Assembly: GCA_000004985.1 (NCBI GenBank) | Contig: GG739063.1 | Origin: Naegleria gruberi | Taxonomy: Eukaryota | Reading direction: 5' to 3' (one strand) | Length of the DNA stretch: 8,535 bases | Shown here: positions 1 through 7,549 of the stretch, one piece after another | How positions within the stretch are numbered: position 1 is the stretch's first letter | How the letters are laid out: every line of letters begins with the position of its first letter | Made by a program: the position numbers and the translations under genes | The notes under the pieces: generated by a model | Databases searched by the model: none | What the model was told of the DNA's origin: nothing | What the model saw: only the letters and a program-made list of their open reading frames with translations

Positions 1-879
1 TATGCCCAATCTCTTGAGTCTGTGCTTATCAAGTTCCATGACGTTACCCCAAAAGTCTGAATGTTCAAAGACAAATGTTGAAGTACCACCCCAAGTTGTA
101 TCAATTTGTGCAAGATCAATGTGTTTTCCAAAAATCTTGGCCTTTTCGCTTTCCTTACCATTCACAAAGTGAATCTTATTCTTTGTAACTGGATTAATGA
201 ATGGAGAAATTGCTCTCCAGAAAATATTAAAGATGAAAGGTGTATCAACCATAAAACAAGCACCAAGTCTTTCTGGGTAACATTCGTTCAAAATGCTTAA
301 AGTTTGTTTGGCAACAGAAAATGGTGGAGCGTTTCTTGTAGTATAGCCGTTAAAGTCAATGATCCAAGTCATTTGTTCAACACCTTCTGGCATTGCATCA
401 ACTGCTCTTTCCATAGTATATACCAATAATTTAATATTCTTTTCATAGTCAGTAGAATTTTCTCTAGCAGGGAACATGTATATAATTGGTCTATTATTCT
501 TATCAAATCCTCTTTGGAAGAGTTTTCCTGATGATGATTCATCTTCCAATTCTTTGGCAGTAATTTCATCTGGTTTAAATGTTCTTCTCCATTCAAGACA
601 GCTGTTCATTAACTTTTCTGCCTTGTTTAAATCATAGTCTCTTGCTCTGAGGAAACGTAAAAGTGATGGTTCATCAAGATATTTACGTTCTCTATCGGTT
701 AAACTATCATAATCGATTTTCTTGATAAAATCGTTTAAAATTTCATTTTGTTCTTGCGTCAGTGATGTTCTTGGGTTATATCCCTTGGTAACATCAATGA
801 ATGATGTGGCGCTGTGCCTGTTATTATTGGTATAATAATAATGGCAGTGCAGTTTAATAATGCACATAACAATGGTCAT
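1..879 (-). CDS. Sec14-like (CRAL-TRIO) phosphatidylinositol transfer protein of the Pdr16/Pdr17 (Sfh3/Sfh4) type. The N-terminal 293 codons are here and the 3' end lies beyond the window start.
   Basis: The reverse-complement frame is open from ATG (complement of 877..879) down to base 1, and the codon just upstream (880..882) is an in-frame TGA. My hand translation reads MTIVMCIIKLHCHYYYTNNNRHSATSFIDVTKGYNPRTSLTQEQNEILNDFIKKIDYDSLTDRERKYLDEPSLLRFLRARDYDLNKAEKLMNSCLEWRRTFKPDEITAKELEDESSSGKLFQRGFDKNNRPIIYMFPARENSTDYEKNIKLLVYTMERAVDAMPEGVEQMTWIIDFNGYTTRNAPPFSVAKQTLSILNECYPERLGACFMVDTPFIFNIFWRAISPFINPVTKNKIHFVNGKESEKAKIFGKHIDLAQIDTTWGGTSTFVFEHSDFWGNVMELDKHRLKRLGI... The LLRFLRAR(K/D)(F/Y)D motif is the signature of the CRAL-TRIO N-terminal domain, and the blocks IIDF.G and (H/C)YPERLG..(F/L) are Sec14 lipid-binding-domain signatures. 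The closest fit from memory is yeast Pdr16/Pdr17. The ORF track missed it because there is no stop inside the window. Confidence 0.85.
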   Translation of the reverse strand, partial: MTIVMCIIKLHCHYYYTNNNRHSATSFIDVTKGYNPRTSLTQEQNEILNDFIKKIDYDSLTDRERKYLDEPSLLRFLRARDYDLNKAEKLMNSCLEWRRTFKPDEITAKELEDESSSGKLFQRGFDKNNRPIIYMFPARENSTDYEKNIKLLVYTMERAVDAMPEGVEQMTWIIDFNGYTTRNAPPFSVAKQTLSILNECYPERLGACFMVDTPFIFNIFWRAISPFINPVTKNKIHFVNGKESEKAKIFGKHIDLAQIDTTWGGTSTFVFEHSDFWGNVMELDKHRLKRLGI

Positions 880-1460
880 TCAATGAATTAGATAATGAAA
901 AAGAATCTATTAACGTACATTCTAGTGTGACCCTTTCTTTCAGACATTTTTTTGTTCTTGTTGATTGCTGATTCTATCAAGCGTGAGTCAAAATTGAGGA
1001 CGCAAATATTCAGGCGGGTTTTGATGGTGTTGTGATCGGCTTTCGAAAAAATGTCTCGCGCAGTTTTTGTCAATTGCGACTCTTACACAATGGCAGTTTT
1101 AAAGCGGTTGCACTTTCAATAAGGTTTCAAAAATCCATCTCCGACAAATTGAGCGTGCTTGTAATGTTATTATAGTATTTGGCAATACAACCATGCTTGG
1201 AGAGAATAATCTAAGGTTCCATGTTCGAATAAATCAATACAATGATGCACCTGTTGACATCAATTCCATTGTAGATAGAAACAAAATTGATACTACAACT
1301 TTTATTTCAATCCATTCTGAATTTTGGATTCTAACAATGGTCCAATTGCTAAGAAAGATTTTTTCCAGTTTTAAAAGATTGTGTTATACTAGTCATGGTT
1401 GGTAAAAAATACTGAAAGAATCACTCAATTGGTGATTATCTGGAATATAAAGAAAGATTA

Positions 1461-1479
1461 AAAAATTAATCAAGCAAAA
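1461..1479 (-). terminator. RNA polymerase III oligo-T terminator for the tRNA
   Basis: On the minus strand, immediately 3' of the discriminator, the sequence is G-TTTT-GCTTGATTAATTTTT. That is a T4 tract at 1476..1479 and a T5 tract at 1461..1465. Confidence 0.5.
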
Positions 1480-1560
1480 CGTTGAGGATGGGATTCGAAC
1501 CCACGCGGATTACTCCACCAACTTAGCAGGCTGGCGCCTTAACCACTCGGCCACCTCAAC
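1480..1560 (-). tRNA. tRNA-Ser, anticodon GCU, reading AGY codons. It is type II with a long variable arm and has no intron.
   Basis: The reverse complement reads GTTGAGGTGGCCGAGTGGTTAAGGCGCCAGCCTGCTAAGTTGGTGGAGTAATCCGCGTGGGTTCGAATCCCATCCTCAAC plus a G discriminator. The 7-bp acceptor stem GTTGAGG/CCTCAAC pairs perfectly. The D-arm GCC-GAGTGGTTAAG-GGC carries the A box TGGCCGAGTGG. The anticodon stem CCAGC/GTTGG has one G:U pair, and the loop CTGCTAA gives anticodon GCT. The variable arm is 13 nt. The T-arm GTGGG-TTCGAAT-CCCAT carries the B box GGTTCGAATCC. The discriminator G73 fits Ser. CCA is not encoded, as expected for a eukaryote. Confidence 0.93.
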
Positions 1561-1606
1561 TTACATTGATATAAAAACAACTACTCATTGTATCATCAAA
1601 GAATAA

Positions 1607-1737
1607 GTTTACTGGTTCTCATCTCGTTTACTTGACGATTCAAAAGGATTCAGAATGAGCTCTCCATTTTCATCCTTTGCCTTCTGTTCAACATGGCCAG
1701 ATGAAACGCCCAAAGGTGCCTCCTTTCTACTCTTATC
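1607..1737. other. Open reading frames on both strands abut the left edge of the gap. Either a plus-strand gene starts at ATG 1655, or a minus-strand gene ends at TAA 1609..1611. The strand is unresolved.
   Basis: The plus frame is open from 1607 to the gap (VYWFSSRLLDDSKGFRMSSPFSSFAFCSTWPDETPKGASFLLL) with yeast-preferred codons (TTC, TCT, CGT, AGA, GGT, CCA). The minus frame is open for 42 codons from the gap down to TAA (DKSRKEAPLGVSSGHVEQKAKDENGELILNPFESSSKRDENQ*), but it uses less typical codons (CTC, CTG, CGA, TCG). Confidence 0.3.
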
Positions 1738-4700
1738 NNNNNNNNNNNNNNNNNNNNNNNNNNNNNNNNNNNNNNNNNNNNNNNNNNNNNNNNNNNNNNN
1801 NNNNNNNNNNNNNNNNNNNNNNNNNNNNNNNNNNNNNNNNNNNNNNNNNNNNNNNNNNNNNNNNNNNNNNNNNNNNNNNNNNNNNNNNNNNNNNNNNNNN
1901 NNNNNNNNNNNNNNNNNNNNNNNNNNNNNNNNNNNNNNNNNNNNNNNNNNNNNNNNNNNNNNNNNNNNNNNNNNNNNNNNNNNNNNNNNNNNNNNNNNNN
2001 NNNNNNNNNNNNNNNNNNNNNNNNNNNNNNNNNNNNNNNNNNNNNNNNNNNNNNNNNNNNNNNNNNNNNNNNNNNNNNNNNNNNNNNNNNNNNNNNNNNN
2101 NNNNNNNNNNNNNNNNNNNNNNNNNNNNNNNNNNNNNNNNNNNNNNNNNNNNNNNNNNNNNNNNNNNNNNNNNNNNNNNNNNNNNNNNNNNNNNNNNNNN
2201 NNNNNNNNNNNNNNNNNNNNNNNNNNNNNNNNNNNNNNNNNNNNNNNNNNNNNNNNNNNNNNNNNNNNNNNNNNNNNNNNNNNNNNNNNNNNNNNNNNNN
2301 NNNNNNNNNNNNNNNNNNNNNNNNNNNNNNNNNNNNNNNNNNNNNNNNNNNNNNNNNNNNNNNNNNNNNNNNNNNNNNNNNNNNNNNNNNNNNNNNNNNN
2401 NNNNNNNNNNNNNNNNNNNNNNNNNNNNNNNNNNNNNNNNNNNNNNNNNNNNNNNNNNNNNNNNNNNNNNNNNNNNNNNNNNNNNNNNNNNNNNNNNNNN
2501 NNNNNNNNNNNNNNNNNNNNNNNNNNNNNNNNNNNNNNNNNNNNNNNNNNNNNNNNNNNNNNNNNNNNNNNNNNNNNNNNNNNNNNNNNNNNNNNNNNNN
2601 NNNNNNNNNNNNNNNNNNNNNNNNNNNNNNNNNNNNNNNNNNNNNNNNNNNNNNNNNNNNNNNNNNNNNNNNNNNNNNNNNNNNNNNNNNNNNNNNNNNN
2701 NNNNNNNNNNNNNNNNNNNNNNNNNNNNNNNNNNNNNNNNNNNNNNNNNNNNNNNNNNNNNNNNNNNNNNNNNNNNNNNNNNNNNNNNNNNNNNNNNNNN
2801 NNNNNNNNNNNNNNNNNNNNNNNNNNNNNNNNNNNNNNNNNNNNNNNNNNNNNNNNNNNNNNNNNNNNNNNNNNNNNNNNNNNNNNNNNNNNNNNNNNNN
2901 NNNNNNNNNNNNNNNNNNNNNNNNNNNNNNNNNNNNNNNNNNNNNNNNNNNNNNNNNNNNNNNNNNNNNNNNNNNNNNNNNNNNNNNNNNNNNNNNNNNN
3001 NNNNNNNNNNNNNNNNNNNNNNNNNNNNNNNNNNNNNNNNNNNNNNNNNNNNNNNNNNNNNNNNNNNNNNNNNNNNNNNNNNNNNNNNNNNNNNNNNNNN
3101 NNNNNNNNNNNNNNNNNNNNNNNNNNNNNNNNNNNNNNNNNNNNNNNNNNNNNNNNNNNNNNNNNNNNNNNNNNNNNNNNNNNNNNNNNNNNNNNNNNNN
3201 NNNNNNNNNNNNNNNNNNNNNNNNNNNNNNNNNNNNNNNNNNNNNNNNNNNNNNNNNNNNNNNNNNNNNNNNNNNNNNNNNNNNNNNNNNNNNNNNNNNN
3301 NNNNNNNNNNNNNNNNNNNNNNNNNNNNNNNNNNNNNNNNNNNNNNNNNNNNNNNNNNNNNNNNNNNNNNNNNNNNNNNNNNNNNNNNNNNNNNNNNNNN
3401 NNNNNNNNNNNNNNNNNNNNNNNNNNNNNNNNNNNNNNNNNNNNNNNNNNNNNNNNNNNNNNNNNNNNNNNNNNNNNNNNNNNNNNNNNNNNNNNNNNNN
3501 NNNNNNNNNNNNNNNNNNNNNNNNNNNNNNNNNNNNNNNNNNNNNNNNNNNNNNNNNNNNNNNNNNNNNNNNNNNNNNNNNNNNNNNNNNNNNNNNNNNN
3601 NNNNNNNNNNNNNNNNNNNNNNNNNNNNNNNNNNNNNNNNNNNNNNNNNNNNNNNNNNNNNNNNNNNNNNNNNNNNNNNNNNNNNNNNNNNNNNNNNNNN
3701 NNNNNNNNNNNNNNNNNNNNNNNNNNNNNNNNNNNNNNNNNNNNNNNNNNNNNNNNNNNNNNNNNNNNNNNNNNNNNNNNNNNNNNNNNNNNNNNNNNNN
3801 NNNNNNNNNNNNNNNNNNNNNNNNNNNNNNNNNNNNNNNNNNNNNNNNNNNNNNNNNNNNNNNNNNNNNNNNNNNNNNNNNNNNNNNNNNNNNNNNNNNN
3901 NNNNNNNNNNNNNNNNNNNNNNNNNNNNNNNNNNNNNNNNNNNNNNNNNNNNNNNNNNNNNNNNNNNNNNNNNNNNNNNNNNNNNNNNNNNNNNNNNNNN
4001 NNNNNNNNNNNNNNNNNNNNNNNNNNNNNNNNNNNNNNNNNNNNNNNNNNNNNNNNNNNNNNNNNNNNNNNNNNNNNNNNNNNNNNNNNNNNNNNNNNNN
4101 NNNNNNNNNNNNNNNNNNNNNNNNNNNNNNNNNNNNNNNNNNNNNNNNNNNNNNNNNNNNNNNNNNNNNNNNNNNNNNNNNNNNNNNNNNNNNNNNNNNN
4201 NNNNNNNNNNNNNNNNNNNNNNNNNNNNNNNNNNNNNNNNNNNNNNNNNNNNNNNNNNNNNNNNNNNNNNNNNNNNNNNNNNNNNNNNNNNNNNNNNNNN
4301 NNNNNNNNNNNNNNNNNNNNNNNNNNNNNNNNNNNNNNNNNNNNNNNNNNNNNNNNNNNNNNNNNNNNNNNNNNNNNNNNNNNNNNNNNNNNNNNNNNNN
4401 NNNNNNNNNNNNNNNNNNNNNNNNNNNNNNNNNNNNNNNNNNNNNNNNNNNNNNNNNNNNNNNNNNNNNNNNNNNNNNNNNNNNNNNNNNNNNNNNNNNN
4501 NNNNNNNNNNNNNNNNNNNNNNNNNNNNNNNNNNNNNNNNNNNNNNNNNNNNNNNNNNNNNNNNNNNNNNNNNNNNNNNNNNNNNNNNNNNNNNNNNNNN
4601 NNNNNNNNNNNNNNNNNNNNNNNNNNNNNNNNNNNNNNNNNNNNNNNNNNNNNNNNNNNNNNNNNNNNNNNNNNNNNNNNNNNNNNNNNNNNNNNNNNNN

Positions 4701-6631
4701 NNNNNNNNNNNNNNNNNNNNNNNNNNNNNNNNNNNNNNNNNNNNNNNNNNNNNNNNNNNNNNNNNNNNNNNNNNNNNNNNNNNNNNNNNNNNNNNNNNNN
4801 NNNNNNNNNNNNNNNNNNNNNNNNNNNNNNNNNNNNNNNNNNNNNNNNNNNNNNNNNNNNNNNNNNNNNNNNNNNNNNNNNNNNNNNNNNNNNNNNNNNN
4901 NNNNNNNNNNNNNNNNNNNNNNNNNNNNNNNNNNNNNNNNNNNNNNNNNNNNNNNNNNNNNNNNNNNNNNNNNNNNNNNNNNNNNNNNNNNNNNNNNNNN
5001 NNNNNNNNNNNNNNNNNNNNNNNNNNNNNNNNNNNNNNNNNNNNNNNNNNNNNNNNNNNNNNNNNNNNNNNNNNNNNNNNNNNNNNNNNNNNNNNNNNNN
5101 NNNNNNNNNNNNNNNNNNNNNNNNNNNNNNNNNNNNNNNNNNNNNNNNNNNNNNNNNNNNNNNNNNNNNNNNNNNNNNNNNNNNNNNNNNNNNNNNNNNN
5201 NNNNNNNNNNNNNNNNNNNNNNNNNNNNNNNNNNNNNNNNNNNNNNNNNNNNNNNNNNNNNNNNNNNNNNNNNNNNNNNNNNNNNNNNNNNNNNNNNNNN
5301 NNNNNNNNNNNNNNNNNNNNNNNNNNNNNNNNNNNNNNNNNNNNNNNNNNNNNNNNNNNNNNNNNNNNNNNNNNNNNNNNNNNNNNNNNNNNNNNNNNNN
5401 NNNNNNNNNNNNNNNNNNNNNNNNNNNNNNNNNNNNNNNNNNNNNNNNNNNNNNNNNNNNNNNNNNNNNNNNNNNNNNNNNNNNNNNNNNNNNNNNNNNN
5501 NNNNNNNNNNNNNNNNNNNNNNNNNNNNNNNNNNNNNNNNNNNNNNNNNNNNNNNNNNNNNNNNNNNNNNNNNNNNNNNNNNNNNNNNNNNNNNNNNNNN
5601 NNNNNNNNNNNNNNNNNNNNNNNNNNNNNNNNNNNNNNNNNNNNNNNNNNNNNNNNNNNNNNNNNNNNNNNNNNNNNNNNNNNNNNNNNNNNNNNNNNNN
5701 NNNNNNNNNNNNNNNNNNNNNNNNNNNNNNNNNNNNNNNNNNNNNNNNNNNNNNNNNNNNNNNNNNNNNNNNNNNNNNNNNNNNNNNNNNNNNNNNNNNN
5801 NNNNNNNNNNNNNNNNNNNNNNNNNNNNNNNNNNNNNNNNNNNNNNNNNNNNNNNNNNNNNNNNNNNNNNNNNNNNNNNNNNNNNNNNNNNNNNNNNNNN
5901 NNNNNNNNNNNNNNNNNNNNNNNNNNNNNNNNNNNNNNNNNNNNNNNNNNNNNNNNNNNNNNNNNNNNNNNNNNNNNNNNNNNNNNNNNNNNNNNNNNNN
6001 NNNNNNNNNNNNNNNNNNNNNNNNNNNNNNNNNNNNNNNNNNNNNNNNNNNNNNNNNNNNNNNNNNNNNNNNNNNNNNNNNNNNNNNNNNNNNNNNNNNN
6101 NNNNNNNNNNNNNNNNNNNNNNNNNNNNNNNNNNNNNNNNNNNNNNNNNNNNNNNNNNNNNNNNNNNNNNNNNNNNNNNNNNNNNNNNNNNNNNNNNNNN
6201 NNNNNNNNNNNNNNNNNNNNNNNNNNNNNNNNNNNNNNNNNNNNNNNNNNNNNNNNNNNNNNNNNNNNNNNNNNNNNNNNNNNNNNNNNNNNNNNNNNNN
6301 NNNNNNNNNNNNNNNNNNNNNNNNNNNNNNNNNNNNNNNNNNNNNNNNNNNNNNNNNNNNNNNNNNNNNNNNNNNNNNNNNNNNNNNNNNNNNNNNNNNN
6401 NNNNNNNNNNNNNNNNNNNNNNNNNNNNNNNNNNNNNNNNNNNNNNNNNNNNNNNNNNNNNNNNNNNNNNNNNNNNNNNNNNNNNNNNNNNNNNNNNNNN
6501 NNNNNNNNNNNNNNNNNNNNNNNNNNNNNNNNNNNNNNNNNNNNNNNNNNNNNNNNNNNNNNNNNNNNNNNNNNNNNNNNNNNNNNNNNNNNNNNNNNNN
6601 NNNNNNNNNNNNNNNNNNNNNNNNNNNNNNN
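1738..6631. other. Run of 4894 N, either an assembly gap or a hard-masked segment. No sequence information is available.
   Basis: N runs uninterrupted from 1738 to 6631. Every long ORF crossing it (1655..6652, 1677..6644 and 1733..6847) is poly-X and therefore an artefact. Confidence 0.99.
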
Positions 6632-6847
6632 CATCAAGGAATAGGTACTTGATGTTATCTCAGCTACCTGTTCCGAAAGGTGGCTCATTAAGCACCATTC
6701 GCTTACCCTGTTATCAGAGTTTTGTAACAGTGTTTTAAAGCCTTGTTTGTTGATTTCCATGAACTTGCTCTTCCAACTCTGTAGTGTGAATAAGCTCATT
6801 TTTTTCAGTTTGGGCACTAACGAAAACTTTTTTTGGAAATATTCCAT
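6632..6847 (-). CDS. N-terminal 72 codons of an unknown protein-coding gene whose body lies in the N-run
   Basis: From ATG (complement of 6845..6847) the minus frame stays open into the gap: MEYFQKKFSLVPKLKKMSLFTLQSWKSKFMEINKQGFKTLLQNSDNRVSEWCLMSHLSEQVAEITSSTYSLM. Upstream is a repeat-bearing, TATA-containing intergenic region. I could not recognise a family from this fragment. Confidence 0.4.
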
Positions 6848-6880
6848 TAATAATAAGGCCTTACTAGTTAATTTACCAAA

Positions 6881-6952
6881 AGTATTTTATTTCCACAACA
6901 CATGGTGGTAATTTAGTATTTTATTTAGTATTTTATTTCCACAACACATGGT
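6881..6952. repeat. Perfect 26-bp direct repeat AGTATTTTATTTCCACAACACATGGT at 6881..6906 and 6927..6952. An extra partial copy TAGTATTTTATT sits at 6914..6925.
   Basis: Read directly from the sequence. The repeat lies 34 to 105 bp upstream of the minus-strand ATG at 6847, inside a divergent promoter region. Confidence 0.85.
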
Positions 6953-7007
6953 CACAACATGTGTCGCCATCAAGTATTTAATTTTTGTCTTTTCGCAAAG
7001 GGTGCTG

Positions 7008-7020
7008 TATAATAAAAAAA
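7008..7020 (+). promoter_or_regulatory. TATA-like element TATAATAAAAAAA, about 100 bp upstream of ATG 7117. The reverse complement (TTTATTATAC) could also serve the divergent minus-strand gene.
   Basis: The TATAATAA sequence is followed by an A7 tract. Downstream, 7021..7116 is A/C-rich and almost G-free on the plus strand, which is typical of yeast 5' leaders. Confidence 0.4.
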
Positions 7021-7116
7021 TGATGCAACAACACGCACACAACATCCACCTCCCACAAACTACATCCCACAACATGACTTCAACACTAACAACAAACAAA
7101 TAATCAAACATCAACA

Positions 7117-7201
7117 ATGAGCATTCCACATATGTTTAAATGGAATTGGAAGAAGTCTTCTGATATTACCGCTATCAAGAAGAAGAAACCAACAAAACGT
7201 G
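7117..7201 (+). CDS. Putative exon 1 of the plus-strand gene (MSIPHMFKWNWKKSSDITAIKKKKPTKR + G, phase 1), ending at the donor G|GTAGGT
   Basis: This is the first ATG downstream of the TATA element and leader. Left unspliced it stops after 31 codons at TAG 7210. GTAGGT at 7202..7207 is followed by AT-rich, non-coding-looking sequence. Confidence 0.35.
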
Positions 7202-7289
7202 GTAGGTTGTAGTTTGTATGATAATTAATTAAATAATTAATTAATCGGATAAGTGAACATTGTTAACAACCAGAGAGATATAATTCTAG

Positions 7290-7424
7290 ATATGGATGAC
7301 ACTTTAAATACAATGCCAAACGAAGGAACTATTCAACATTGGCCACTTACTTCTAATCAAGCCTCCAATTTTTCATTACCAACCATTAATTTTGTACCAT
7401 TGGAAGAACCAACACAAAATGAAA
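7290..7424 (+). CDS. Putative exon 2, reading (D)MDDTLNTMPNEGTIQHWPLTSNQASNFSLPTINFVPLEEPTQNE + A. The acceptor is CTAG| at 7288..7289, or alternatively GAGAG| at 7276..7277.
   Basis: This is the frame of the tracked ORF 7253..7444. Both candidate acceptors restore the frame from exon 1. Codon usage is yeast-preferred (five CCA). The exon ends at a canonical GTATGT donor at 7425..7430, after which the sequence turns abruptly into low-complexity AT-rich DNA. Confidence 0.4.
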
Positions 7425-7549
7425 GTATGTTTCATAATACTTAATATTTTAATATTTGAAAGCCTTCTCATATTTGGCTCTTCTTACACAACCCTCTCCT
7501 CCAAGTAAGTATTTCTTATTTAAATTTAAATTTATAATTTATAATTTAG

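Noticed and set aside
106-596. Small ORFs 106..300 (+) and 369..596 (-) in the ORF track
   Set aside because: Both lie inside the well-supported Sec14-like CDS, one antisense and one out of frame, and have no independent support.
888-1405. ORFs 888..1073 (-) and 1193..1405 (+)
   Set aside because: These are short ORFs in the promoter/intergenic region between the PITP gene and the tRNA. They have no coding-like codon bias and no recognisable motifs. 888..1073 is out of frame with the PITP ORF, so it is not an upstream exon. At best it is a uORF.
1655-6652. Plus-strand ORFs of 1655 to 1665 aa (1655..6652, 1677..6644) and the minus-strand ORF of 1704 aa (1733..6847) in the ORF track
   Set aside because: These consist almost entirely of X from translating the 4894-nt N-run. 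Only the short real-sequence ends are informative, and those are treated separately. Frame continuity across the gap cannot be known.
6881-6952. Direct repeats as a CRISPR-like or minisatellite array
   Set aside because: There are only 2 to 3 copies, in a eukaryotic promoter, with no repeat-spacer regularity. It is better explained as duplicated regulatory sites.
6887-7129. ORF 6887..7129 (-), 80 aa (MECSLLMFDYLFVVSVEVMLWDVVCGRWMLCACCC...)
   Set aside because: It is the antisense reading of the A/C-rich plus-strand leader and the repeat-bearing promoter. The Cys/Val/Leu-rich composition is a by-product of the GT-rich complement, and the ORF overlaps the TATA element and the direct repeats.
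7456-7549. The first 31 codons of tracked ORF 7456..8187 (MKAFSYLALLTQPSPPSKYFLFKFKFIIYNLE) read as coding
   Set aside because: This stretch lies downstream of a canonical GTATGT donor and is low-complexity AT-rich sequence. A second donor-like GTAAGT sits at 7505. It looks like intron read through in frame rather than a genuine N-terminus. I kept it only as the less likely single-exon alternative.
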